Assembly: GCA_002633005.1 (NCBI GenBank)
Contig: NMRA01000328.1
Coordinates: 256,134-320,133, forward strand
Source of the DNA: Phoronis australis
Taxonomy: Eukaryota > Animalia > Phoronida
Length of the DNA: 64,000 bases
Reading direction: 5' to 3'
Of this stretch, positions 1 to 13,700 are shown piece by piece; positions within the stretch are counted from its first letter, which is position 1; each line of letters starts with the position of its first letter. The notes under the pieces were generated by a model. It saw nothing but the letters and a program-made list of their open reading frames with translations, had not been told where the DNA came from and made no database searches. The translations under genes were made by a program, and so were the position numbers.

Positions 1-1693
1 TTTTGAATCAAAACTATGCACTTTACTGGTGTTGTAATGTTCCAAACAGGTATCGGTATTGAAGGTAATTTCTACTCAGGTGGTTGTCGCAATCTTGCAA
101 TTTGTATAGAAAAATGTTCAGCGCCAGAAAATTTTATTGTATTAATCAACAGCAATAAGATAGAAACGTCTTGTGTAAAAGTCTGGTGTTGATCAGTGTT
201 GTGCCAGCTGAGATATACGGGCTCAAAGTATGGCAAAATTGCAATGCCTTGTTAACCTCTGACCCCTCTATACTTTATGCCTGAAATTTTTAACTTAGCA
301 GCAGAGTTAATGAGTATTGTTTAACATCTTTGTAATGCCGAAGACTTGCTTTATTTAAAAATTACAAACAAATAATGATCTCGTGCGCCGATATTTTTTA
401 TTGTGCAGTGCAAATAAGGCATTTTCGGCGAGTTCACTGCACGGCATACCCCCAAAATAGAGGCTCCCTGATTTCTCCCACTTACACAAGGTAAAATGAG
501 ATTGGACTTTACCGTTTTGTTTATCATCCCAAAGGTAACTAAAATGCATAGTATGGTTCAAATCGGTGACATTGGGTTTATCACCCCTCTGGGCATTTTT
601 GCCTGCTGTGAGCCGTACTTCACTCTTAATATTTAGTCACCAATCTCAAAAACGCTGTTAGGATTTTTGATATAAAAGCTTAGTTTTTGTGCAATGTGAC
701 AAAGACGAATACGACTTCAATTTTTTACAAAAATACCTTACGTTTTGCGAGTTGATTTGTCATAGAAACCAAACGAACAAACTAATCGAAAATTCCTAAC
801 AGCGTTTTTGAGGTAATTGATGAAGTTTTCATTTAAAAAAGGTTTCGTTAAAATCGACCGAGGGGTTATTTTGCTATGAATGTACCTTTCTTAAAATAAA
901 ATTTTTACTTAAAAAAGCTTTTTACGTAAAAATAATAATGACAAATAAATACAAAAAGTATATTTATATTTCCTGGTCTTTGTTCTTTCAGAAAATATTT
1001 ACTTTTACTAGGTTGACAAAGCTTAGTTTTTTGATATAAGTGTTAGAATGGAGGCCATTAAATAAGGTTGGACATAACCTTAAAACCTAAGGCATAGCTT
1101 GACTGAGTTCAATGACATATGTAACAGGTCTGTGCAATCAATAGAAATGAGAGCAAGAGTTCCTACTTTACAAAAACAGCTGCCTCATTCTCTGTAGATT
1201 CTAACAAAGACGGGACCATGACTTAAAACCACACTTTGCGTCACAAAACAACTTCTGATTACGACAACTTTGTGTTACGGTATAAAATCGGTCTCATCTC
1301 ATTCCCTACTCAACTTGGAAGTGATTGTTGCTGCAGACCAAGCCAATCAAGTTGCTTATCACAACAAGTTAGTTTCAGCTGACAAAGCAGTATGGTTTGT
1401 CCAGGGGAATTCCAGGCGATCGGTGGTATCCAATTTCAGTGCAAACAAAAGATATAACAGCAACAACTTTGATTTTGAAGAACAAACACGCCTTTGAAGT
1501 AAGTTGATGTTTTTAGCACTAGAACAAGGTTTGTGCTGGATGTAAAAAATTAAGGAAAAAAACACTCCGTGAAGTAATAAAGATTTTAATAATAAGTTAA
1601 TACCTAAACATAGCCTGGATAGCATCCCAATAACAGACCGCCAAAATATCTCTCTGACGTTACAAGAATGCAGTGGTTACCATGGTTACTTAC

Positions 1694-1784
1694 TGTCCGG
1701 GTTATTGGCTGTGGTCAATAGTACGAGAAGACTAATAAATGAATCCAGTATAGTGAGGAAGTAGTCTTGTTCTGTGATGACATT
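1694..1784 (-). CDS. TPCN2: TPC2 exon 9 (domain I pore helix and filter, YF...SLLVLLTTANNPD)
   Basis: TTTCAG acceptor, GTAAGT donor, 91 nt, canonical TTANNPD filter motif. Confidence 0.93.
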
Positions 1785-4700
1785 CTGAAATCAAACAGTT
1801 TATAAAGACAAAGACTTTGACAAAACAACTTCTGGGACAAGAAGTTCAACCTGAATTTTGATATTGTGACCAGAAAAAGTGTACCAGTCAAAGTAATTTG
1901 ACAAGAAATCAAACTTGATCGACCTGCCTTTCAAGTGATATTCGAATGATAGTGGCTTATATTATATACCTGGCACAAACCTTTGAGATTTAACGTTGAG
2001 TGTCGTGTTTTGGACAGAGCATTGAAAAAATCTGGACAGTGAAAGGGATCATTATCTGGGTAGTTTTGGATGGTTTCATTAAACAAAGATCAGTTTTGCA
2101 TTCTTAGCGGTTAAAAAGCGCCATCTATTGCATGTTACTTCACTGTAATATAAAACAAAAATTTGTATCGTCATGGTGAGGATTGCAAATAACTCAGCAA
2201 TCATGCACATAATAAACACAAGTCCAGTTTGCATTTCAAATGTTCAAATCTTACTGTGCACAAATGCCTGCACATCTAACAGACCTTATTTAGGTACATG
2301 GACAGGAATACAAAAGATATAACAAACATATATAGCAGTTATGACAACTACTTAAAGGTGAAGGCAACCTTTTTCCATGTCATTTTTAGCAAAAATAAGG
2401 TTCATTGGTTATCCCAGACATATTTTCCACTTAATTGCAGCTTTTCGGAATTTAATTAATTAGTCGTGCTTTACGCCGGACGTGACGTTTTGGGAGGCAA
2501 GAATTTCGCGCCAATTTCTTTTCATATAGTCTGACTGTGAGATATGTCGAGTCTGTCATTGTTCTACCTCGTTTGCTTTTGTTTACGAGTCAGACAACAT
2601 GCCACACTGTTGTTGCGTACCGGGATGTACTCATTATCGTCTCACGCGCGCTTTTGGGAATACCAGGCTTTGCATCGCTTTCCAAAGGATGACACACTTC
2701 GCCGTAGGCCTACTTGGCTCGTTCGTGTGAAGAACACAGCGTTACCCGTCAACGCAACGTTCAAAGCAGTTGAGGGTTACCGAGTGTGTGACAAGCATTT
2801 TCTGCCGTCTGATTACGAGAGGGGTATGTACGCTGAATTGATGAAGGTCCCTGCGAAACAACGCCTGACGAAGGGTGCGATACCGTAGCTGTTGATTCCT
2901 GACAGTACTCCGTCGCCGAGAAGTGCGTTTTTGAAGCGAGAAGCCTCGCGAACTATGACCACTACAGTGACTGGAGGCACTTCATCTACTGTCGCCCGTG
3001 CCTCCGAACGTACAGAGCGTGCAATTCTGGGAACTAGCAGTGATTCGCCCTGTGCTGTTGTTTCTAACACAGAGCCTGTAAGCAGCCCTGCAGCGCTGTT
3101 GAGCTGTGGGAGTGAATACAGGCCCAGTTCGACACCCCGTGAAGAGGACAGTTCATCATCCAACGAACAGATCTGTGAGTCAAACTTTGATAAGTTTATT
3201 GTGAACTTGTCTAAAGTATTGGAGCTATTTAGAAAGTGCCAGGTGTGTGGCGAGGGAGTCACACTACGCGATGTAAGCAGTTTGGGTGCTCAGGTCACCA
3301 TCCAGTGGGAGTGTGTCACGGGACACTGGGGCAAGTGGGACAGTTGTGCCTGTGCATACTCTGTCTCATTATACTGGGGCTCAAACATACAAGGTATACC
3401 CACCCACTGACTGTCAGTGAAAAAATTCCTCGTCACCACTGCTATATGAACAATGTCTCCGTTACTCACGTCACTACTGTCAATGTGATATGGGTGGCCG
3501 ACTCCAGTCATTTTAAGATTAATACAAACTAAACAAACTAAAGAATCCCTAAATCCAACGTAATTGGGTTCTCTAACAACCTTGTTTGTCGTAGAAAACT
3601 CGTCGATGGGAAGTGGTGACGACAATTTTAGAAAAACAGCCCGAAAACAAAAGTAGTACAGATCCTCACACTTAACTCAACAAAGAGCCAATTTGGCGCG
3701 AAATTCTTGCCTCCCAAAACGTCACTTCCGGAGTAGAGGACAAGTAATTAATTAAATTACGAAAAATTACAATTAAGTGTAAAATATGTCTGGGATAACC
3801 AACGAACCTTATTTTTGCTAAAAATGACATGAAAAAAGGTTGCCTTCGCCTTTAATTTGTTGCAACTAATGATAATAAGTGTAAGTGAGAGTTTGATTTA
3901 TTCTTGAAGACATCTTGATCCTGAATTTGTCGTATTCAAAACCATTAAACCACGCTAAAGTGCATGGCTAGAACTGTGTATATTTCTGGTTGCTCTCACT
4001 TGAAACATGGNGCGTGCAATTCTGGGAACTAGCAGTGATTCGCCCTGTGCTGTTGTTTCTAACACAGAGCCTGTAAGCAGCCCTGCAGCGATGTTGAGTT
4101 GTGGGAGTGAATACAGGCCCAGTTCGACACCCCGTGAAGAGGACAGTTCATCGTCCAGTGAACAGATCTGTGAGTCAAACTTTGATAAGTTTATTGTGAA
4201 CTTGTCTAAAGTATTGGAGCTATTTAGAAAGTGCCAGGTGTGTGGCAAGGGAGTCACACTACGCGATGTAAGCAGTTTGGGTGCTCAGGTCACCATCCAG
4301 TGGGAGTGTGTCACGGGACACTGGGGCAAGTGGGACAGTTGTGCCTGTGCATACTCCGTCTCATTATACTCGGGCTCAAACATACTAAGTATACCCACCC
4401 ACTGACTGTCCGTGAAAAAATTCCTCGTCACCACTGCCATATGAACAATGTCACCGTTACTCACGTCACTACTGTCACTGTGATATGGGTCGCCGACTCC
4501 AGTCATTTTAAGATTAATACAAACTAAACAAACTAAAGAATCCCTAAATCCAACGTAATTGGGTTCTCTAACAACCTTGTTTGTCGTAGAAAACTCGTCG
4601 ATGGGAAGTGGTGACGACAATTTTAGAAAAACAGCCCGAAAACAAAAGTAGTACAGATCCTCACACTTAACTCAACAAAGAGCCAATTTGGCGCGAAATT

Positions 4701-7700
4701 CTTGCCTCCCAAAACGTCACTTTCGGAGTAGAGGACAAAGTCAAGTAATTAATTAAATTATGAAAAATTACAATTAAGTGTAAAATATGTCTGGGATAAC
4801 CAACGAACCTTATTTTTGCTAAAAATGACATGAAAAAAGGTTGCCTTCGCCTTTAATTTGTTGCAACTAATGATAATAAGTGTAAGTGAGAGTTTGATTT
4901 ATTCTTGAAGACATCTTGATCCTGAATTTGTCGTATTCAAAACCATTAAACCACGCTAAAGTGCATGGCTAGAACTGTGTATATTTCTGGTTGCTCTCAC
5001 TTGAAACATGGCTTCTCAACAAGCACACATTCTTTTTCAAGAAAACACAGTGACTTGATCAACACGATTAGTTAAGAACAGCATCAACAATTGCCAAGTT
5101 GCGCACTTACATTTGATACATTCTGGAACGGTACAATGTCTCCTGAACTATTGTAGTCTGTACCATTTACCTAAAATATTAAAAACAACAGAAAATAAAT
5201 GACAGTACCTGTTATCCAAATCTGAAACATGTTAGAGAACATTTTTAGAAAAGGCTATTATTAGAAGTAAAATTCCACAAACTAGCAATCACCAGGTTAT
5301 ATTTTGAATTGCCTTCAGTTTCCACAGTTGTACCTTACACATGTATGCTAGCCTTTGAACTAGAGGTTGACCACACTTAATACAACTGCAAACTCATTAA
5401 GAACAAAGTCTTGTCACTGTCCATTTAATTAAGGTATGTGGCACACATATGCACTGGAAGAAACAACACTTTTGCTTTCACTTTTTACCAAAAACTCACA
5501 AAACAGTGGCGTCTTGTGAGCCCTTTACATTTACAATGTAAATGTATCATGAAATATTTATCAATATTCATCAATATTTATCAATACGCTGTTATTTGTT
5601 TTTTATGTCTCTCCGTGTTCTGCTACAGAGCTGCACACCTGAAGAAAGATTTTTTCGACGCTACGAGCGACTCTGCATCAAGCTTTCAAACAAAAAGTTT
5701 AGTCGTGTTTTCAACAAAATATGCTGTTATAAGACAGCATTACTAGTCTATTACATGGCAAATATGTGAAAGAGACTAATAATAGGAAAATGCAATTTGT
5801 AGGAAACAATTGCATTTTGTTGAACATAAGTCACTGTATATCTTCCCAACAGTTATGTCCTACCTCAACAATGATAGCTATCCTACCAGAGGCAGCAAAA
5901 CACACTGGTGCCACAATATTTCAGGATATCAACAATGTCGAGCAACAAACCTTGCTTTGCAGAGAATGCGCATCATTTTATTTTATAGTTAATTAGCGTG
6001 TAAAAATTCTAAAGAGAGCGTTATTGTGTATTTATTGAATGAATTCTCCACGTACTTTGTATTTATTGTGCTATCAAAAGTCAAACAAGATTGAACAAAA
6101 AGCATGTAAATGCCAGTTTACTGAAACACCATCAAGAACTACAAGTGAAAGATTTACCTTAGCTTTAGGGAAGAGCAGCATCCCTAACAGAGTGAAGAAA
6201 TATATGTGCAGAGCCAACAGTAATAATACACTGAAAACAAAGAATAAGGAGCTTTATACTCAGAGTAGAGGATCATGTTGATAATCGTAACTCGAAATCT
6301 GGTTGCAGACTCTCTAAACACCACTGTTTGATACTTCACCCTGAACTACCATCACTCACAACTGGTTGGCCAGAAAGCCTATGTGTCAGCCCAGTGAATT
6401 ACTTCTATATTCCAAGATGTTCATGATTGAAATAATCCAGTTGAGCTACACTTGGTGCGCTATAAATGTGCAGCCAGGCAGTATAGGCAAGACATTCTGT
6501 TTATTTCTCAGTTCAATGCTCACTTAACTTTTGCTTTATTTCAAGCTAACAAGAGATACAAATTCATTTTTCAAATATTTGCAGTTTGGTAATGTTCCTT
6601 AGCAGAGCAAATCTTACAAATCAGTGTTTCCTGTGTTTTGAAAGGATCGTAGTGGTGAATGGCCAAAATGGGGTGCAAAGCCAGTTGATGCAAGCGAATA
6701 TGAGAAGTGGGATCCCCTTATAGCCTGGGTTTGGAAACGAGCCTGGTGGTGAATGCTCGACGTGGATGCAGAATCCGGCGCTACATGCGAGCATGGGATG
6801 AAGTGAGATCCTCCCATCAGGGGGAGGGGGGGAGGGTTGGGAGACCTTCTCCAGGCAAAATTTGAAAATTAGATGTAATTGGGTGCAGTTTGCTCATCAC
6901 AGACATCATAGACAAGACCTAACCCGAGCATCATATAGTGGAAGTATCTGGGTAAAGGAAACTTTGCAAGACAATTTGGCAATGAAGTGTCCGCATAAGT
7001 GTGACCCCTGTCGCACTTGAGTTCTAAAAACAAGTGTTAAAATTCAGTTATCCACGAAGTGGCAAACATAGAACAAAAATATTTGAACTTTGTAGACGTA
7101 ATAAACTAATTCACGTAACGAAACTTCCGTTGACACTGTCTTCCTAACATAAATCAGTGATAGTGGATTGGCGTTGGCCGGCATAGCAGACGATGTAATA
7201 ATCCAGTCCATGCAGACGAATCTGAGATTGGTTAAAATTCAATATCATCGTTTTGGCGCACGGCTATGATTGATTTAACAGTTGGATGTCACGCCCTGCA
7301 GTATGAGTCACAATGTCTTTTGTAAACTCAGACATGATAAAATGAATGAAGCAGAAATCTTACCGTTTCTTACTTCATTAGCGAGCCCTGGTGCTTTCCC
7401 ATTTTAGAAAATACGTATCAAAGTCGTTGCCTGGTCCCCAGTTGTATTAAGTATATATGCATTGTCGGATAACCAGGCAGAAACGAGGTACGAAAGGAAA
7501 TTGGGAATTGAATGATTGTGTTTAACGTGGGCACAATTCAAGATCCCAATGTAAAATTATTATTTTTCCCTTTCGATCCACAAATGGCGAAAGGTGTTGT
7601 GTGACTTGTACTTGTTCATTATTACTAGTGATCATTTTACTGGCGATCACTTTTACTTGCAATTCATTTTACTAACGAACATTTTATTAGCGTTCATTTA

Positions 7701-10700
7701 TACTAGCACTCATTTTTACTAGCTATCATTTTTACTAGCGATTTTTGCGTGGCGGTGAAGTTTCCCCGTCACGATTAGGTGTGTGGCGGTCAATTTGAGA
7801 ATGATTTACGAGTGGCGGGGCCAAAAACGAGTGTGGCGGGCCGCCCAGAAGTTTACACGCAGGGGAAACCCTGCAAACATCTGCTGTTTGATTCAGATTC
7901 CCATTTGGGCTAGTATGCTTATGTCTATAGCACAGTCACGGTTTGTAACCATGGAACTTGGCAGGAGTATTTATATTTTTTACTTAAAAAGGAATATATA
8001 ATAGCAAAAACCAATTATAATGTTCTGTCAAGCTAACAAACATGAGTCTTGTTCAACACTGGTTCTACGATAAAGTGAAGCAGCCCAACCCGAATCACTT
8101 GAATATTTTTTTACAAATATTGCGAGAATTAAAAACACATCATTGCCAGGTATTTCAAATAATACAAGTGCACACCACCAGAAACCACAGTGTTTTTGTC
8201 TTAACCATCTATACACAATAAAACATAAACATTAACTCAGCTGACAAAAGTTGTGACCTCAAAACTAGCAGTAAAACCAGTCGAACATTCTTTAAGGGAA
8301 ACTGAAAGCTCAAATTAAAAAGAAATAAAAAGATCAGAAAGGTATACCTTACAACTTGAGGAATCGTGCGTCTTAGACAGTTTATGGTCTTTTTCATCAG
8401 TGAAGAGTTTTGAATAATGAAGAAGGGTCGCAGCATTCTACGAACACGGACGACCTGGAAAAGCAATGCGTTGTTAGTAAAAGCCATTCAACAAGCATAA
8501 TGTTGTTAAGAGAACTCAATAAAGGCACGGCACTCTTAGTAAACTGTGTGCCAAACTTTTGTTTGCAGAAACAACCAAAGCCGTGCTTTGATGATGTCTT
8601 AGAGGGTTTAGACAACCAGTCTACACTAACAAACTGACAAACTTTAGCTTGAAAACTCTGCCAAATTGTTTGACCATAGCTGTTAGACTTTGGTAATATT
8701 TTGCAAATTTATAGGTACATAATTACTTGAGGGAAACTAATTAAAAACGCACAAAAACATAAATAAGTGGGAGAGGCATCGCTCACTATTGGCTGACTGT
8801 ACCTGATAGGTGTCACTGTCACCAAAATAAAGAAAATCCTCCATTGTGGATTGGAGCATGGATTAAAAACGTACCAAATACTGAACATGTCATTGCCTCT
8901 TTCCAGGATTTGAGTATTTCTGATAAGCACTGTTTCAACTTTTTTTTTCTTAGGATGATGAAGTTTCACTGAACAAGTAATGAAAGTGAAGCCACTAATA
9001 CAAAAACAAGACAAAATTAGTATTCCATCTATGTGTATATTATGCACTTAACTTTGTATTGTTTCCAATGAGGAGATCCCCCCCAACATCAAAGGCCCTA
9101 AGCATGCCGCTTTCATACATGTTTCCAGTCTTTGCTCGTTCAAAAATTGTAATCGACTCTCTGGCATCATCTTAGATCTGCCGCTTTATAATGTAATGCC
9201 CTGAAGTATCTGGGTTTGAGGTTATTGCACACTGCAGGACTTGCTTTATGCAATAAAATGTTTATGATTATGATAATCAGCTGTTTGACTGCCTCGGTGC
9301 TTCATAGTGTAATTCAACTGAGCCTCGTACTAGTCATGACAAAATGATGAAACAAACCCCTACGTGGGCTCAGAAAATGAAGAAATTGGTTATGCAATCA
9401 AAACTTGATAAATTGCCTCTAACCATGTTAAGCCACAGTCCCACTAAGTTGATAGAAGTACAGCCATTATGTAACAGGAGACAAGACAGGAATTAAAGCT
9501 GTCAATGTACGACAAATAGCGGGAACTTTGGAAAGGTTTCAAGAATGTTTCTTTCAAAGGCTGATTTAGGAAAACGTAGTCAAAAGACATGCATGATAGT
9601 GTAACTGAAATATAACAAATGCAGTTTGTACCTCACCACAGCCATAACTGAGCGTTACACCAGTCCACAATATAGCAAACACAGTCTATACCTCACAACA
9701 GCCATAACTGAGCGTTACACACCAGTCCACAATATAACAAACACAGTCCGTACCTCACCACAGCCATAACTGAGCGTTACACACCAGTCCACGATAGATA
9801 TGGAAATGATGAATATGTAACCTAGCAACCAAGGGCTTGTTCTGGCCTGTCGCAGCCCAATAAAATAACCCTGTAAAACAAAAGAGATCATGATTTGACA
9901 AGCAATTCACAGACTGGAAATTCTGTATACAACAAAAGCTTAATATTCTTTGCTGTTATGGCAGTTTTCACTTTAAACAGGGTGTTCCATGGAAATTGGA
10001 ATACCGGCNACCAAAGTCGTGCTTTGATGATGTCTTAGAGGGTTTAGACAACCAGTCTACACTAACAAACTGACAAACTTTAGCTTGAAAACTCTGCCAA
10101 ATTGTTTGACCATAGCTGTTAGACTTTGGTAATATTTTGCAAATTTATAGGTTCATAATTACTAATTAAAAACGCACAAAAACATAAATAAGTGGGAGAG
10201 GCATCGCTCACTATTGGCTGACTGTACCTGATAGGTGTCACTGTCACCAAAATAAAGAAAATCCTCCATTGTGGATTGGAGCATGGATTAAAAACGTACC
10301 AAACACTGAACATGTCATTGCCTCTTTCCAGGATTTGAGTATTTCTGATAAGCACTCTTTCAACTTTTTTTTTCTTAGGATGATGAAGTTTCACTGAACA
10401 AGTAATGAAAGTGAAGCCACTAATACAAAAACAAGACAAAATTAGTATTCCATCTATGTGTATATTGTGCACTTAACTTTGTATTGTTTCCAATAAGGAG
10501 ATCCCCCCCAACATCAAAGGCCTTAAGCATGCCGCTTTCATACACGTTTCCAGTCTTTGCTCGTTCAAAAATTGTAATTGACTCCCTGGCATCATCTTAG
10601 ATCTGCCGCTTTATAATGTAATGCCCTGAAGTATCTGGGTTTGAGGTTATTGCACACTGCATGACTTGCTTTATGCAATAAAATGTTTATGATTATGATA

Positions 10701-13700
10701 ATCAGCTGTTTGACTGCCTCGGTGCTTCATAGTGTAATTCAACTGAGCCTCATACTAGTCATGACAAAATGATGAAACAAACCCCTACGTGGGCTCAGAA
10801 AATGAAGAAATTGGTTGTGCAATCAAAACTTGATGAATTGCCTCTAACCATGTTAAGCCACAGTCCCACTACGTTGATAGAAGTACAACCATTATGTAAA
10901 AGGAGACAAGACAGGAATTAAAGCTGTCAATGTACGACAAATAGCAGGCACTTTGGAAAGGTTTCAAGAATGTTTCTTTCAAAGGCTGATTTAGGAAAAT
11001 GTAGTCAAAAGACATGTATGATAGTGTAACTGAAATATAACAAACGCAGTTTGTACCTCACCACAGCCATAACTGAGCATTACTCACCAGTCCACAATAT
11101 AACAAACACAGTTTGTACCTCACCACAGCCATAACTGAGCGTTACACCAGTCCACAATATAGCAAACACAGTCTGTACCTCACAACAGCCATAACTGAGC
11201 GTTACACACCAGTCCACAATATAACAAACACAGTCCGTACCTCACCACAGCCATAACCGAGCGTTACACACCAGTCCACGATAGATATGGAAATGATGAA
11301 TATGTAACCTAGCAACCAAGGGCTTGTTCTGGCCTGTCGCAGCCCAATAAAATAACCCTGTAAAACAAAAGAGATCATGATTTGACAAGCAATTCACAGA
11401 CTGGAAATTCTGTATACAACAAAAGCTTAATATTCTTTGCTGTTATGGCAGTTTTCACTTTAAACAGGGTGTTCCATGGAAATTGGAATACCGGCTTAAA
11501 ACAGATAGCCCGGAGTCGAAAACAGACTCCCGCACCTTCAAAACAGCTAACCAGCCCGAAAAACACCAAACTTTGAGTTAAAAGCATCTTCAAGTACTTT
11601 CCAATCTTTTCTGCATTTGTTTTTTATAAGTTGTCAGTAGTAAAACGTAACTTTGTCAACTGATTTTTATCAGCCAGTGGGCGAATTTCAACATAGTCTA
11701 TACTCTCAACATATTGTTACCTCGGTGAATATTTAGTCAATTTCAGATTATTCAACAGTTTCTCCAAAAATATTTTCAAAAATGAAAAACAAAATATAAA
11801 TTCCACTTTCAAAAGCCATTGTAGATTAATTCCTTTATTATGATCTTTACAACAGGCTGCATTTTAGTGGTCATCAATGAGTACATTACTTGCGCCACAA
11901 TCAATTCTCGATTATGGAATGGACCGTGAGAATCATTCACTCAAAAGACCTGCACTGTCAGCAACTTCAAATACTCATCGGAATTTGGAATCGGGACTTT
12001 CTGAACTCAACGCATTCACACTCTTTTTTGGCAGATCACCACTGCAAATGTTGTTCTGAAATCGGATCGCTGGTATTAAAATTCTAAAAACTTGTAACGA
12101 AATGAAATTAGTTTGTCGTGACATGTAAGCAACTTTGTGGAAGAAAAGTTGATTGAAGAATTGGGTAAAAAAGAAATTGGCCAATAGGTGATGTAATATT
12201 TCATTGCGCCAAAACCCGACGCAAAAGATCACACCACAACTTTAGCAGCAGAATAACCGTAGAACGCCAATTGGTCATAAGTTGCCTAAAATTCTCATGA
12301 ACAGTAAAACAACAAATCAGTAAAACTATTTAAAGTAAGAGTATTTAATTTTTTCATCAAAATGTGAAATTGATAACATGTCGAATGAACACAAAGCACT
12401 TTAAAGGTACTAATTTAAAGGTACTATTTTCTTGAAATAAACAATGTTCGACAGAAAGTGCGGGTTGTGGTACGTATTTCTGTACCCGGGTGTCCTGTTC
12501 GATCCCCAGGGTTCCTGTTTAAAGGTCAGGGTTCGTGTTTTTGGGGCTGATTAGCTATTTTGAGGGTGCAGGAGTTTCTGGGATATCTGTTTTACACTGG
12601 GGTTCCAATTTCAATGGAACACCTTGTTAAAGCTATCCTTACTTTCTTTTTGCTCTTTGAACGTTGTTAGAGTATGATCTCATATCTGAGTGAGTGCATG
12701 TGTAGGAGTAGTTCAGAGAATTAAGTGTTACGGAATACACCCCCAACATGAGGAATTGTAGTAAACATGTTTGTTCAGTATATCCTGTTATGATTCATGT
12801 ATGTCACTATGATCGCAAAGCATCGCGCATTCAACGTTCCTAACTGAACCGAATGCCTTTCACTGCTAGCGCATCAACAAACGTAAAATCAAGAAATAAA
12901 AATGTACATCTGTCAAACCAGACTTTTCTGGACTCAGTTTCAGCATTCAACTGAACTGGAATTGTAAAATTTTAGAAAGGCTAGCTAGCCCTATGATTTT
13001 CAGAAGTGTTTTTTGACAAACTGAGACCGATTTTGTTGGGATAATTAACCTAATTTATTTCTATTCAGTCAACTAAATACTAGGAACTGCAGATTTAAAA
13101 AATATGAAATTTTCATGCTTTCAGAGTCCCAAAGTGACTGTCCAGAATAACTCTATGTTTGAAAAAGACACCAAAACAACACAAACCTTAGCAGCAACAT
13201 CTACCGCCAGTATAAGCAAACACAGTAGTTCTATACTCTCCGTCAGGCCACAAGGAGGCAGCCATCTCTTGCCCTGATTATAGCGAATGTCAGATGTCCA
13301 GTTCTCCACTATGGAAGAAGGACGTTCAAAGAAGGCCAACAGATGGAGCAGGAAAATAACAAAGAATATTAACCTGGAATACAAAGGCGCAGACTAGAGA
13401 CAGTTGCATAAGTGACAGGTGCCTATAGTCTGTCAATCTGTTTAATGTGCAGTCCACACTATGAGTTACCCTAGCACACATTACTCCTGGAATAAGTTGT
13501 CGCCAGATTTGACGGCAATGTGGACACTATTTGCACTGGAGCAACTTAAGACACGTGTGACAACTTAAGACACGTTACAACCTTCCCCGACCTTATCGAG
13601 GTAGGGTAGGATAACCTGTTCTAGGGTAACTTGCCCCAGCGCAAGTCGTAGTGTGGACGTAAATCTTCAGGCAAGGTGGAAGTAATTACATTTGCAAAAT

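Larger units (their letters stand above)
8574..11495. repeat. Apparent 1.45-kb tandem duplication (8574-10008 / 10010-11495) joined by a single N; includes TPC2 exon 5
   Basis: Near-identical copies with the breakpoint at N10009. Confidence 0.9.

Noticed and set aside
1-1690. Next TPC2 exon (expected MxPAY...)
   Set aside because: No matching phase-1 exon found; presumably outside the window. The inverted repeat at about 645-812 looks like a transposon remnant whose ends I could not define.
3017-5011. Tandem paralogous ORFs (2892-3410 vs 4007-4405 and overlapping frames)
   Set aside because: They are transposase fragments duplicated across a single-N junction, most simply two haplotypes rather than a gene family.
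8709-10472. Two similar 112-117-aa ORFs
   Set aside because: Intronic, non-ATG starts, no recognisable motif, and duplicated only through the N junction.
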